From NCBI GenBank assembly GCA_965226885.1, contig CBDDEL010000016.1:544001-608000 (forward strand): a stretch of DNA of 64,000 nucleotides, written 5' to 3'. The notes under the pieces were generated by a model. That model saw nothing but the letters and a program-made list of their open reading frames with translations. It ran no database searches and was not told where the DNA came from. The stretch is from Opitutales bacterium. GTDB taxonomy: Bacteria; Verrucomicrobiota; Verrucomicrobiia; Opitutales; UBA2987. The first letter of the stretch is position 1. Each line of letters opens with the position of its first letter. The position numbers were made by a program, and so were the translations under genes. This document shows, one piece after another, positions 30,633-41,964 of the stretch.

Positions 30633-32849
30633 ATGAAACATTGTATTGTAACGATGGAAATCGCGGGGCCGACCAAGACTGGAGGCATTGGCACCCACTG
30701 CTATTACCTGGCCAAGTTTTTGCGCCAGTCCCTCGGCCATGAGGTAACAGTCCTCCTTGGTACTCCGCTCAAGGAGAAAGATTCCGCCCACTGGCAATCC
30801 TATTTCAAAGAAAAAATCGATGTCGATTTTGAGCCCCTGGATGACTACCCACTGTTCTCGAAACAGTACAGCATGACGAATATTCACTACGCCATGACTT
30901 GGTCGCTCAATATCTGCGCCCGGTTAAAAGACTGTTCTTACGACGTTTGCCATTTTCAGGAAAACAACGCCAATGCCTTCGTGCCGACAGCGGCCAAACT
31001 GGCCGGACTCCATTTCAGAGACACCCTGTTCACGACCACTCTGCACTCTCCGGACCGCTGGATTCGGGAGGCAAATCGTGTTTATTCGCACACCGGAAGC
31101 TGGGACCTGGCAATGGATTTTATGGAAAAACTGGCAGCCGAGAAGTGCGACTATGTTGTGGCGCCGGTCCATTACATGCTCGATTATGTCTCGGAACTAG
31201 GTTGGAAAGTCGGGGAGAAGGCACGGGTCATCCCCTACCTGATCGATGGCATCGAGAAAGCGCCCAAACGCCGGTTGAACAAGAACCATATCATATTTTT
31301 CGGTCGCTTGGAAACCCGCAAAGGCCTGGAAATATTCGTCAATGCCCTTGAAAATCTGCCACCCCGGGAAAACGGGCCACTTAAAGTGACCTTCATGGGT
31401 AAACCGGGCACAGCCGACGGGAAAGACTCTCTTGATTACCTGAAGCAACACAAAGGGAAATCCCCCAACCAGGCATGGGAATTCAAAACAGACCTGGATC
31501 ACTTCCAGGCAACCGCCTATCTACAGGATCATTCCGACGCCCTGGTCGTTATCGCCTCGCCGGTCGATAACTCGCCATTTACCGTTATCGAATGCCTGGA
31601 AATGGAATTGAATGTAATTGCCGCCGCCTCTGGAGGTATACCCGAGTTGATGGGCGGCCCGGAACGGCTTTTCCCGCCAACGGCGAACGGATTACGATGC
31701 AGGCTGGATGAAATTTACCAACATGGATTGAGCGACTTTTCTCCCCATCGCTACAGCAAGGAAAAAGCGGAAAAGGGTTGGAGCCGTTATGTGGAATATC
31801 TGGAAAACGAATCCAGATCGCTCAAAAGAGGTCCTCGCTTCGCCGCCGTTTCTTCGAGGAAAAAATCCAGCGTGATCTTAACTCCCGGCCTGGACAATGG
31901 AAGGCTGGAGGAAACACTCGATACTTTGGCCAAACAAACCACCACGGATTTTGATTTGTTTATCTTCAGCAACAGCGACACTACCATTTTGGAAAAAAAA
32001 TACTCCCGTCAATCATGGAATTTTATAGGCAAAAACAGCGAAAAGGGCAGCCTGTCCGCCGACACTATAACAAACGGCGTAGAGCGCAACTTCGGCCTGT
32101 CCTTAAATGAGTCGGATTACCTAATATTTATCGAAGATAATTGTCTGGCCGAACCGGACATGGTGGAGACCCTTGAAAATTCCATTGAGAACCTTGAGGC
32201 CGACGCAGCAGCCTGCTATTATCGTTCTTTTTTCAGGTGGAGAAAATCACCAGATGACTTCGCCCAAAGCCGCTATTTCTACGGCAACTCACGGGAACTG
32301 GGACTGATTGCCAACTGTTTCGCGGAAAGCGTATTTATCATCAAAAGGGAGGTTTTTCAATCCCTGGGAGGCTTTACTCAAGATGCGGAAAATATCAACC
32401 CTGAATGGGAATTTTTTATTCGTTTAAGCTTGCGGAATTATAAATTTGAAATTGTGCCGAAATTTCTTTTCAATAAACGTATTGCGCCGCAAAACAAAGT
32501 ATCTTCCGACAGCGCTTACCATACCCATATGAACAGTGTGGAACCGATACTGAAAAATTTGGGTACATGGGAAAAGAGTGTGGCCAATACTTTCCTAGGA
32601 ATGGATCGGCACAACAAAATATTAAATGCCAAACTGAACTTGCAAAGCAAAGGCCAGCCGATCCCCGATCCTGCATATTTTATGTCTTATCGGGAATTTG
32701 AAAAACTGCAAAATAATTATTACCACCTCCTGCGTTTCCCATTGCTATATCGAAAGTACAAAAGAAAACTGGCCAACTTTCTTTTTCATAGAAATGGCAA
32801 TTTGAAAACGCCAAGGCGAGCTTCAAGTCTGATTCAGTTTTTTCTTTAA
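30633..32849 (+). CDS. Two-domain glycosyltransferase (GT4 + GT2-like)
   Basis: GGIGT, FFGRLETRKG, DNSPFTVIEC, GGIPE; C-terminal GT-A-like region (LGGF, EWEFFIRL). Confidence 0.88.
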   Translation: MKHCIVTMEIAGPTKTGGIGTHCYYLAKFLRQSLGHEVTVLLGTPLKEKDSAHWQSYFKEKIDVDFEPLDDYPLFSKQYSMTNIHYAMTWSLNICARLKDCSYDVCHFQENNANAFVPTAAKLAGLHFRDTLFTTTLHSPDRWIREANRVYSHTGSWDLAMDFMEKLAAEKCDYVVAPVHYMLDYVSELGWKVGEKARVIPYLIDGIEKAPKRRLNKNHIIFFGRLETRKGLEIFVNALENLPPRENGPLKVTFMGKPGTADGKDSLDYLKQHKGKSPNQAWEFKTDLDHFQATAYLQDHSDALVVIASPVDNSPFTVIECLEMELNVIAAASGGIPELMGGPERLFPPTANGLRCRLDEIYQHGLSDFSPHRYSKEKAEKGWSRYVEYLENESRSLKRGPRFAAVSSRKKSSVILTPGLDNGRLEETLDTLAKQTTTDFDLFIFSNSDTTILEKKYSRQSWNFIGKNSEKGSLSADTITNGVERNFGLSLNESDYLIFIEDNCLAEPDMVETLENSIENLEADAAACYYRSFFRWRKSPDDFAQSRYFYGNSRELGLIANCFAESVFIIKREVFQSLGGFTQDAENINPEWEFFIRLSLRNYKFEIVPKFLFNKRIAPQNKVSSDSAYHTHMNSVEPILKNLGTWEKSVANTFLGMDRHNKILNAKLNLQSKGQPIPDPAYFMSYREFEKLQNNYYHLLRFPLLYRKYKRKLANFLFHRNGNLKTPRRASSLIQFFL

Positions 32850-33827
32850 TTCCTCGATTTCATTTTGCTGCCTGGAATTACGGGCGGTTAATTCATTGAT
32901 CTGCAGCAAGAGATTATCCCTATACTTTTTCAGGTTTTTGACCATCACTTCCATGTTGCCGCCCCATGCCTGCCAACGGTGATAATCATCGGTTTTTTGA
33001 TCGAGATCGCGCTGGATATCCTCGGTCATGGCTTCCTGGTTCAAACCAAAGTCTTTCCACCGTTTTAATTCGTCGATTAATTGCACCCATAATTGACGGG
33101 AACTGGTCCCCGTATTTTCAATCTCCGGAAGCGGCCCGTTACCACAAACGGCCACATATGAGTCCGGTATCGGATCCGTATCGAGCGCCCAATCCCTGCT
33201 GTGGCCAACTTCCTCGATTTTAGTGTCTACTTTAAAATGTGTTGGATTTGCCGAAAAATTTGCATGGATGGTGGAGCCAATGACCAGGAATTGACGGTAT
33301 ATGGCTACATGGGAAAAATGTTTTTGCAGTAGCGATTGAAAAGAATCTTTGGTAAAATGTTGTTTATGGTACTGATTGTCTGACTCCGAGTCCGTTTCGC
33401 CGGGAACGGATATAATCATATAACCCGTATTTTTTAATACAGAGACCAAATTCTTTAAACCTATACCGGGATTCTTCAGGTGCTCCAATGTTTCAAAGCT
33501 CACCACAATATCGAAAAAACTCTCTCGCAAAAAGTTTTCTTTTTCTAAATCGGTCACCATGAATGAAACATTATCTGAATTATAATGCTTTGCTGCATAC
33601 TCTATGGTGGTTGGGCAATTATCGACACCCGCCACGTTAGCTGCACCGTGGTTGCTCATCAACGTCGCTCCATATCCAAAACCGCAAGCGGCATCCAGAA
33701 CCGATTTTCCACGGATTATTGGCAGAGTGAAAAAATAGCGGCTAAGGTGATCGACTCTCCAGTAATCCGAACAGTTAAACGGGTCTATGCGTTCTTCAGC
33801 CATTGGTTTCGCGGCAGTTAATACCAA
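32823..33827 (-). CDS. Class I SAM methyltransferase with coiled-coil tail
   Basis: HLSRY, VLDAACGFGYG, FDIVVSFETLEHL; heptad-rich C-terminus. Confidence 0.88.
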   Translation of the reverse strand: MVLTAAKPMAEERIDPFNCSDYWRVDHLSRYFFTLPIIRGKSVLDAACGFGYGATLMSNHGAANVAGVDNCPTTIEYAAKHYNSDNVSFMVTDLEKENFLRESFFDIVVSFETLEHLKNPGIGLKNLVSVLKNTGYMIISVPGETDSESDNQYHKQHFTKDSFQSLLQKHFSHVAIYRQFLVIGSTIHANFSANPTHFKVDTKIEEVGHSRDWALDTDPIPDSYVAVCGNGPLPEIENTGTSSRQLWVQLIDELKRWKDFGLNQEAMTEDIQRDLDQKTDDYHRWQAWGGNMEVMVKNLKKYRDNLLLQINELTARNSRQQNEIEELKKKLNQT

Positions 33828-33854
33828 GTAATAAACTCCATGGGTGGAGCTTCA

Positions 33855-34832
33855 TTAATCAACAAATTTTTTTTCCATTGCCGTGTTAAATAAGTTGCCA
33901 TCTTTCCAATCTTCGATCGTTCGAATAACGTTTGAATAAATTTCGTCGGACCATGGTCGGTGGCCGTATTTGGCTTTGCAAACGGTGGCATGCTGGACCC
34001 CTTGATCAGCTCCAATCTCCATAAATAACAATACCGCTTTAGCCGCTTGCAGGATATACACAGAGGAGTCGGGGCTATTATTAATAGAGGAGTCCATGAG
34101 TTGGATTTTTTCGTCGGCGGTTAATTCTTTTTTAAGATTTACTTGCAACACTTTTTTGGGAATAGCTTTTTGTAAAAGAAAAATCTTCGACGGCTCCTCA
34201 TTGCACAGTGTGGTAAAGTACTCGGAATAATATTCCATGGCCACGGTAATCCAAGGAGCCCATTCATGATTGAAATCCTGTTGAACAACGATTGAATCGC
34301 CAGGTGTTAATGCGGGAAAAAATTCCGACGCCAGGTGCTGATTAACATTCCAGGATTTCGCAACGTCGATAAATAAAATTTCGCTCGGTTGCTTATTCCA
34401 AATTTGTTGACATATATCGCCTTGAAACGATTGGATGTATTTCCCATAAGGTTCCGTTTTTTTGAGAAATAAATTGTAAAAGGAATCACCTGGAAATATG
34501 CCGAGGTTTTCTAATTGCGGATTGGGATCATGTTCCGAAGAGAGAAAAATATCATAGGAATATATAACAGGCAAACGTTTTAAGGCCGTATTACTATTCT
34601 CTCGCCGAGCCAACCCGGTGGCAAAGCCCAAGGTGGAGCCACCGAGGTAACATCCTGCATCGACAATCGCGCCAGCGCCGGTGAAATAACGGTGCGCGAG
34701 CCAATGTAGCATTTTTTGCTCCGGCTTGGAAAGCATGGTTGCGGCATCACCAAAAAAGACGTCGTCGGAAATCCCAGTGTTCCAGATTCGTTCTCGAATA
34801 AATTCGCTTGGATGCTTGTTTGGCAGAGACAT
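33855..34832 (-). CDS. Putative SAM-dependent methyltransferase (polysaccharide locus)
   Basis: IVDAGCYLGGST, ILFIDVAKSW, VQQDF. Confidence 0.7.
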   Translation of the reverse strand: MSLPNKHPSEFIRERIWNTGISDDVFFGDAATMLSKPEQKMLHWLAHRYFTGAGAIVDAGCYLGGSTLGFATGLARRENSNTALKRLPVIYSYDIFLSSEHDPNPQLENLGIFPGDSFYNLFLKKTEPYGKYIQSFQGDICQQIWNKQPSEILFIDVAKSWNVNQHLASEFFPALTPGDSIVVQQDFNHEWAPWITVAMEYYSEYFTTLCNEEPSKIFLLQKAIPKKVLQVNLKKELTADEKIQLMDSSINNSPDSSVYILQAAKAVLLFMEIGADQGVQHATVCKAKYGHRPWSDEIYSNVIRTIEDWKDGNLFNTAMEKKFVD

Positions 34833-34975
34833 ATATTTATATATCAAATCAGGATGGGCATATCGGGTGTGTCGGCAATTTCGGGTGCCAGGACAGTTCA
34901 AAGTAAATAGAAAAGCGTTCAGTGTTTATCACGTCCTATCAAGTATTCTGTGTCCAATTATTAAGATGATGTAAA

Positions 34976-36301
34976 CTAAACCTTCATTTGGCTGTAGGAG
35001 GATTTAAGGGGAAAGGCTCCCCAGAATTCAGCCTGGCCAGTGATATCGATTTTACAGCAATCCCAAAGGGTATCGTGGTCTGTCCATTTAGCGCGGGAAA
35101 AATTGGTGGCCACCCCGGCAATCATCAAATAGGAACCCGGCCGCAGGGAGAGTTCCAGCCGCAAGGTTATGAGAAAACGGTCTCCCGCTTCGGCCCGGGC
35201 AATTTTTTGACCGGAAATATTGTAATAGGTGTGATAGCCACCCATTAGCTGCCCAGTTTTATCGCGCAACCCGAGTCCAAAATCAAAATCCTGCATCGGT
35301 TTGAGAATATCGACCATGACCTGCGCCACCATGACTTCCCCGCTGTTGAAACAGGTGGAGATGCGGCCGGACTCATCGCGCAGGCAAATGCCCCGGATTT
35401 TTGCCGAACCGTCCCCGCTGACGGTATTGCGGAGCAAAGGGACACTCTGGAAATCGTTTCCACTCCTCGATACTTTCGCCTGGCAAAGGGTAACCGTTTC
35501 ATCGGAGGAATCTGCCGGTTGATCCAAGGTATGATACAGCGCCGTAATCTCTCTGGGTTCGCCGATGGCCGCAATTTTACCCTGGCGCAGCAAAACAGCC
35601 CGGTGGCAGATCCTTTGCACCGTCGAAACATCATGTGAGACAAACAAAATGGTTCCGCCGCCCTCCAGGTATTGGTGAAGGCGTCGGATGCATTTTGCCT
35701 GAAAAAACACGTCCCCCACAGAAAGGGTTTCATCGACAATGAGAATATCGGGATCGACCAAGGTTTGCACCGAAAAGGCTAACCGCACCATCATCCCGCT
35801 GCTGTAGGTTTTAACTGGCTGGTCCATGAATTCCCCAATGTCGGCGAAATCGGCAATCTGTTCGAACCTGCCGTCAATTTCCCTCCGGTTAAGGCCCAAA
35901 ACAGTAGCGTTGAGGTAAACGTTTTCCCGGCCCGTGAATTCTGGGTTAAAGCCTGAGCCAAGCTCAAGAAGAGCCGCCACCCGGCCACGCACATCGACTG
36001 TTCCCCTCGTCGATTGGAGGGTTCCGGCAATGATTTGCAGCAAGGTCGATTTTCCGGACCCGTTTTTCCCAATGATGCCCACTGCGTCGCCTGGAAACAC
36101 ATCCAGCGAGATATCATTCAAGGCGTAAAATTCCTTGAAAGAGTTGCGGACATGGTTTTGGAGGGGTGTTCTGATAAATTTCGGCAAAAAAGAAGTTCCA
36201 CCAAACTTTTGGGCTAGGGGCACGGTCAGCCGTGCCCTGGAATCGCTCCAAATACCATAAACTTTATCGACTTCTTTAACTCGTATTACTGGTTCGGGCA
36301 T
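34976..36301 (-). CDS. wzt: Polysaccharide ABC exporter ATPase with Wzt C-terminal domain
   Basis: GKNGSGKST, ELGSGFNPEFTGREN, YSSGM..RLAFS, IVDE; C-terminal beta-sandwich region. Confidence 0.9.
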   Translation of the reverse strand: MPEPVIRVKEVDKVYGIWSDSRARLTVPLAQKFGGTSFLPKFIRTPLQNHVRNSFKEFYALNDISLDVFPGDAVGIIGKNGSGKSTLLQIIAGTLQSTRGTVDVRGRVAALLELGSGFNPEFTGRENVYLNATVLGLNRREIDGRFEQIADFADIGEFMDQPVKTYSSGMMVRLAFSVQTLVDPDILIVDETLSVGDVFFQAKCIRRLHQYLEGGGTILFVSHDVSTVQRICHRAVLLRQGKIAAIGEPREITALYHTLDQPADSSDETVTLCQAKVSRSGNDFQSVPLLRNTVSGDGSAKIRGICLRDESGRISTCFNSGEVMVAQVMVDILKPMQDFDFGLGLRDKTGQLMGGYHTYYNISGQKIARAEAGDRFLITLRLELSLRPGSYLMIAGVATNFSRAKWTDHDTLWDCCKIDITGQAEFWGAFPLKSSYSQMKV

Positions 36302-37176
36302 TTCGTAAAAGGAAATTTTTTTGGGAAAAGCGACTATATTAAAATACTCTACTGCCCCGAAGCCAGTCAAAACCATATAAAAGAAAAAATGACTCTTCTG
36401 CATATATTTGGGGGAAACTGTTGTTCAAGTGATACAAGAGACAGCATGATTACTACAATTCAAATAACCGTATACTAGAGGCTGTCCCTAGAGGCTGTCC
36501 CAAAAATATAAAGATTTTATAGTCAACTGGATGACGTTGATAAAAAGAGCCGGAAAGAGCAAGTTTTTGCTCGATCCGGCCAAAAAAGGGTTCTATAATT
36601 GAGTTAGCGAAAATCAATATAGCCCTTTCTATGAAAAATATAGCCATCCAATGCCTCCTGCGTCCAGCTTTAACTGTGGTCGACCGGTGCCTCGATTACG
36701 ATAACTTCCGCGCCACCATTGATCGAATCGATCGGCTGCTGATCGACTCGGAGGTGGAATCGCAGGCCATTGAGCTGGCCTTGGAGGGGTGGCCGCCAAT
36801 GGGTCTAAAGGCCCGGCGGCAGCGGGCCAGTTTTGCCATCAAGGCACTGCGCATGGATACGCTGGGCCGTCTGCTCGGAGGGATCTCGTTTCGGCATTTG
36901 TCGCGGGCTCTGGGCAGCAGCGATCTGTTGGCCGACTTTTGCCGTGTCCGGCAGATCGATGGCATCAGGGGCATCTCCAAAAGCACCCTGGAGCGGGCCT
37001 CGAAGTTTTTCAGCGAAGAGCAGTTGAGGGCCTTGCACCGGACCTTGACTGAGGTGGTGGGCGATACCCTTCTGGCCCGGCAGGTGGGATTGGACAAGCC
37101 GATTGACACCACCATTTGCCTGATCGACGGCACCTGTTTGGAGGCTAACATTCATTGGCCGACGGACTGGGTATTA

Positions 37177-38307
37177 TACCAAATCGCAAAAGGATTGATA
37201 AAGATTAAAAAACAGCTATAAAGGCGGAATGAGAAGATATATGGGAACCGATGAAGACCGTGAACGTATCAAGAAATTGCTCAACAAAGAGGCTGTCGGC
37301 TGGCGTAAAGAGCGTTTGGTGGCATTAAAAATGGGCTTCCAGCCGCACCACAGCATTGATGAAATTGGAGCCATCGTGGGCCGAGGCAAAGCGACGATCC
37401 AGCGTTGGTTTGACAAATATCGTGCTGCAGGGCTCGGGGCGGTGCTTACACGCGCCTACAAAGGCGGGATCAAAAGCCGTTGCGACAAAGAGGTGGAGGC
37501 CTTCTTGCTCAATGGTTTGAAGGTCGCGCGCTGGAACACAGCCGTTCAGGCGGGGCAAGAGCTGGAGCGACATTTCGGGCGCTCCTTCGCCTACAAGACG
37601 GTGTGGCGATGGCTAAAAAAATGCGCCGGGGTGCTTCGAGTCCCTCGGCCCGTGCATGAGAAACGGGACTCGGCAAAAGCGGAAGCGTTCAAGCGAGACT
37701 TTTTTAAGATCCTCCAGGAGCTTTCCCTCACCCGAGGCAATCGGGTTCGGGTGTGGTTTGCCGATGAAAGCCGTTTTGGTTTGCTTCCGGTGTACCGCCG
37801 GTGCTGGACGCAAAGAGGGCTTCGGCCGCACAAAAAATATCAGACAAGATACCAGTGGAGCTACTGTTACGGAGCCCTCGACGTGGTCAACGGCGAGATG
37901 GTATGCATCCAAACCCCTAGCACGAATCTACAGTGGACGGAGGCTTTCCTCCAACAGATCAAAAAGCAATATCCTGAGGAGGAACATGTGGTTGTATGGG
38001 ACGGGGCAGGCTTCCATCCGCACGACTCGGAGCACCCCAACGTCCCCCCGGGCATACATATCGTGAATTTGCCGCCGTATAGTCCTGAACTCAACCCGAT
38101 TGAAAGACTTTGGGATATGATACAGGATCAAACGGCCAACAAACTGTGGCCGAGCATTGAGCGACTCGAAGAAGTCGTCGCAACCCATCTCAAAGACTGG
38201 TGGGAGGACACTGAAAAAGTCCTCTCTTTAGTTGGCGGAGGCTGGCAGCACATTCAAGCAAACGCTTCTGCCAAATAACTTATTATCATACCTAATGAGA
38301 TTTGGTA
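37177..38307 (+). mobile_element. IS630-family element, copy 1 (1131 bp), TTA duplicated
   Basis: TACCAAATC...GATTTGGTA; empty site GGGTA-TTA-CTC known from intact IS5 copies. Confidence 0.95.
37229..38278 (+). CDS. IS630-family transposase
   Basis: WFADESRFG, WDGAGFH, LPPYSPELNPIE. Confidence 0.94.
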   Translation: MRRYMGTDEDRERIKKLLNKEAVGWRKERLVALKMGFQPHHSIDEIGAIVGRGKATIQRWFDKYRAAGLGAVLTRAYKGGIKSRCDKEVEAFLLNGLKVARWNTAVQAGQELERHFGRSFAYKTVWRWLKKCAGVLRVPRPVHEKRDSAKAEAFKRDFFKILQELSLTRGNRVRVWFADESRFGLLPVYRRCWTQRGLRPHKKYQTRYQWSYCYGALDVVNGEMVCIQTPSTNLQWTEAFLQQIKKQYPEEEHVVVWDGAGFHPHDSEHPNVPPGIHIVNLPPYSPELNPIERLWDMIQDQTANKLWPSIERLEEVVATHLKDWWEDTEKVLSLVGGGWQHIQANASAK

Positions 38308-39442
38308 TTACTCAAGGATGTAGCCGGCACGTTGCTCAAAGCGATCCGGCTGATCCGCGAGAAGGCCGGTGTGCGCCATCGCATGCCGATCGAACCGGAG
38401 CCCTTGGCTCGGCAGATGAATCGGCTGTGCATACAGATGACCCACAGCCGGCGGCGAAAGGACAGCGCGCGGCAGCGCAAGGGTATCTTGAGGCAGATGA
38501 AAAAGCTGCTCAAACGGATCGGGGAGCATGCCCGCAGTCACCGGGAATTATTGCAAGCCTGCTGGGAGCAAAGCGATTACAGCGAAAAACAGGTCCAACA
38601 GATCCTCGCCCGGATGGAGCGCATGAGCGAGCAAATCCCGGTGGTCATCAAACAGGCGCACGAGCGGATCATTGGCGGCCGCCAGGTGAAAAACGCAGAA
38701 GAAAGTCTTGAGTGTTTACGAACTCGATGTGCAGGTGATTGTGCGAGGTAAAGCGGGCCAAGAGGTCGAGTTCGGCAACACCCTGTTTTTGGGAGAAAGC
38801 GTTGAAGGGTACCTGCTGGACTGGAAACTCTACGGCAGCCGAACTCCAAGCGAAAATGAACAAATGCAAGAGAGTTTGCAAAGACAGAACCGCTTCAACC
38901 TGGAAGAACCCATAGCGGCCATGTGCGCGGACCGGGGATTTGCCTCCCAGCGGGCCCGCCGGCAGTTAGCCCAGGAGGGAATCTACGACGCGCTCTGTCC
39001 ACGCGATCCGAAGCAGTTGAAAAAACGGATGGAGGAACCACTGTTCAGACAATTGCAAAAGCGCCGGGCCAGCACCGAAGGGCGGATCGGGGTATTGAAG
39101 AATCGCTGGCAGGCCGGGCGGTTGCGCAGCAAAGGCTTTGCCAACCGCTCGATCAGCGTAGCCTGGTCGGTACTCTCGCACAACCTATGGAAAGTAGCCA
39201 AGATGCTGGCCCAGCAAGACGAACTAAAAACCAAAGCGGCGGCCTAGAGAGCGGAAAAGCAAGGACAATACTTTTTCACAGCCTTACTGTCGGCTCATAC
39301 AAAGAAAACCAGGCAACCGGACCCCAAAACCAGTATCCTAACGTCATAGGAGAGCAAAGTTGATACTCTCCCAAATGCAAATACCTCTAAAATGAGCGCC
39401 TATCAAAAGCCCTCGCAAAAATCACCCTTTTGGGACAGCCTC

Positions 39443-39803
39443 TACCTATAATTTTTTACGAACAGTTCCCCTAGTCTTGGTTTTAGCGATTATAACACTC
39501 AACAGCGCGCACTATTCATCAGAAGGTATAGTGTTAGCTATACTATCCGCCGCGTTTACATCTGGAATCGGTTACACGATCTGGTATATCGCACTCAGGG
39601 GACTTTCAGCAACTCAAGCGGCTGTGGTACAACTGTTAGTTCCTGTAATCGCAGCATTGGGAGGTGTCATATTTGTGTCCGAGGCAATCACTCTTCGTCT
39701 AACGATATCGGCCACAATGATACTTGGAGGCATTTTAATAGTGGTTGTAGGTAAATATTATGTTGTTCGGTTACAGTTAAAATATAGGTTGTTCGAAGAT
39801 TAG
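39443..39803 (+). pseudogene. DMT/EamA transporter, C-terminal remnant
   Basis: TSGIGYTIWY..L...QLLVPVIAALGG..F..E; starts at the IS5 end. Confidence 0.8.
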
Positions 39804-39836
39804 CTTTTACCTAGGCCGCTCGATCCTCCCGGAGGA

Positions 39837-41465
39837 TCATTTTAGTTTCGTCCTCAGTTCCGCAATAATTTTACGCGTTTCGGCGATTCGTTCCTCCAGT
39901 CCTTCTTTGTAGCGCCACGCCTGATACCTAGCTCGATCTGCCCGTTCGGCGATTTCTTCTTCGATCTCACGCAGGTATTTTTCAGCTTGATCCAGGTTCT
40001 CCTGGGTGGTTGCCGGATTGTGAAAGCCACCGCCATCCACGGAGACATAAACCGGTGTTGTATGTGCGGTTTGGCATTTAGCCGCGGTGCATCGGGCAGC
40101 AATCCAGATGCCCACGTCCGCAGGTAGTTCAAGATCAATGATAAGCTCGGCGCCCGACTGGTTGGCTTCTTCTGCTGAGACGGACTTAAGGACTTGCCCA
40201 TGGCCCATAATTTCCAGCCCTCGCAATGGGGCTTTGTCAGGATGACCAAAGGCCTTGGCGGAAATCCGTAAAGTCTGGCCCTTCTTTACCTTTACCACGT
40301 CGCCGGGCAATGCGCCGTTGACCTTTAAATCGATCATCGGTCCACTGCTCACGAAAGTATGTCCGGCCTTAAAACTATCCTTCCATTTGTCGAAGGAAAA
40401 GGAATCCCCGACATAAGTATAGAAACGGGCGTTGCCTATTTGCGTAATCCTTTCAGAAACCCCCGTTTCCGGGTTCGGCCAAACACCGCACCACGGAAAA
40501 TCGGACCCGCCCGTGGCTGTCAGTTTAAATCCGAGATCGAGAAAAAAATAGAAGTGATCGGTATGCATGGGACCTTCTTCAACGCAGAATTGCAATAATT
40601 CCAGGAAATCGATTTTGCCCACCAGAACGTCCATGGTCATACCCCGGTAGCCATGAAAGGACATTCCCTGATGCGCATAGCCGGACAACCCGTTCAATTC
40701 ATGAACACGGTCGAACAAACGGTCGTAATAGTAGTATTCCTCATCCATGCGAACGGCCTCGTCGGCCATCAGTGAAATGGTGTGCCCAATTTCGTGGGTC
40801 CTTGGTTCTTCCTGTCCGGGCGTCAGAACACGGCCTTTATCCTCATAAACACCTTCATCGCCGAACGCGTATTGCTCAAAGTAGGTGGTCCAGAAATCAC
40901 CCATGCGCAGCAGGGCCCCAACGTGAACATCTTCAGCCGCGATCCATTTCAGAATGTAGGGATTTTCGCGAGGGGAGCGTTGGATATGGATGTGATCGTC
41001 GGCCGAATACCAGCCGCGAGCGGGCATATCGATCCATCGCTTCAATGCGATGTTTTTCGTTATTCGATCTCCTGGCGAAAGATCAAAGTCGTATTCACTG
41101 GCCAGAAATTCAAATCCTTTACTGATTACAAGTTTATAGGACCCCGGTTGCATATCCATTTCGAAGCCTCCATCGACATAAAAGGCGCCATCGGGCTGAA
41201 ACGAGTAACCATCGACTCTGCCATCGCGCCCATACATAACGCCGATGCCGACCTCGGGAATGTTGGCAATCTGGCCGTCGGCATGGGTTATGCGTACGCG
41301 GGCTTCGGTTAATTCGCCAGTGGATTCGTCTGAGATTTGGACTGAAAGGTGTGCCGGTTGCTCCTTCCCATTGCCGGCATAAGACGCACCCATAACCGTT
41401 ATGCAAACGCTAATGCTAATCAGAAAACTGAGTTTGCTTCTTTCTTGCATGGCAATATTTATCAT
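39837..41465 (-). CDS. CehA/McbA-family (PHP-like) metallohydrolase, exported
   Basis: Signal peptide; GWYSADDHIH, GQEEPR, GYAH, ATGGSD, AHTTPVY. Confidence 0.85.
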   Translation of the reverse strand: MINIAMQERSKLSFLISISVCITVMGASYAGNGKEQPAHLSVQISDESTGELTEARVRITHADGQIANIPEVGIGVMYGRDGRVDGYSFQPDGAFYVDGGFEMDMQPGSYKLVISKGFEFLASEYDFDLSPGDRITKNIALKRWIDMPARGWYSADDHIHIQRSPRENPYILKWIAAEDVHVGALLRMGDFWTTYFEQYAFGDEGVYEDKGRVLTPGQEEPRTHEIGHTISLMADEAVRMDEEYYYYDRLFDRVHELNGLSGYAHQGMSFHGYRGMTMDVLVGKIDFLELLQFCVEEGPMHTDHFYFFLDLGFKLTATGGSDFPWCGVWPNPETGVSERITQIGNARFYTYVGDSFSFDKWKDSFKAGHTFVSSGPMIDLKVNGALPGDVVKVKKGQTLRISAKAFGHPDKAPLRGLEIMGHGQVLKSVSAEEANQSGAELIIDLELPADVGIWIAARCTAAKCQTAHTTPVYVSVDGGGFHNPATTQENLDQAEKYLREIEEEIAERADRARYQAWRYKEGLEERIAETRKIIAELRTKLK

Positions 41466-41964
41466 GGCTTCAAGTTCCCCTCCACGGTGTCTATATAACT
41501 AACGCGTTCAAAGGCGTTCAAAGGAAAAATCATTCTAAAGCATTATGATTCAAAGCGTCAATAAGGTTTTTTTATAGCGTTATCCTACGGTTGTGATATA
41601 GATTCTATAAATTAAGCCTCGGAATAATTTTTCTATTACACCTTTTCAAAGACGAAGGATTTTGTAAAATCTCTCAAATGAAATTCTTTTCTGCTCCCTT
41701 GCTTCTGGGATGTCGTCTTTCCATTCGGCGTTCAATTACATACTGCCTGTTTGCAATACTGGTCATTATTCCACGGAGTGTTGCTCACCCTCCTGGTATT
41801 GAAAAAACCACTGTTCCACATTCAGGGGTCTTAGCCCGGATATTTCATGAAGGGTAAAGTTTGGCTCGTTATTGCTATTGGAGATGGATTTCTTTGTATT
41901 TTGACGTGTACTGGATTTGTTGGACACGGGATTCTCTTATATTCATTGTTTATTGATTAGTGTG

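Larger units (their letters stand above)
36631..39247 (+). pseudogene. IS5-family transposase split by IS630 and frameshifted near 38700
   Basis: Pieces 36631-37176, 38311-38700 and 38708-39247. Confidence 0.88.
36491..39442 (+). mobile_element. IS5-like copy 3, interrupted by IS630; left terminus partly duplicated (36476-36501)
   Basis: Both TIRs present; IS630 at 37177-38307. Confidence 0.93.
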
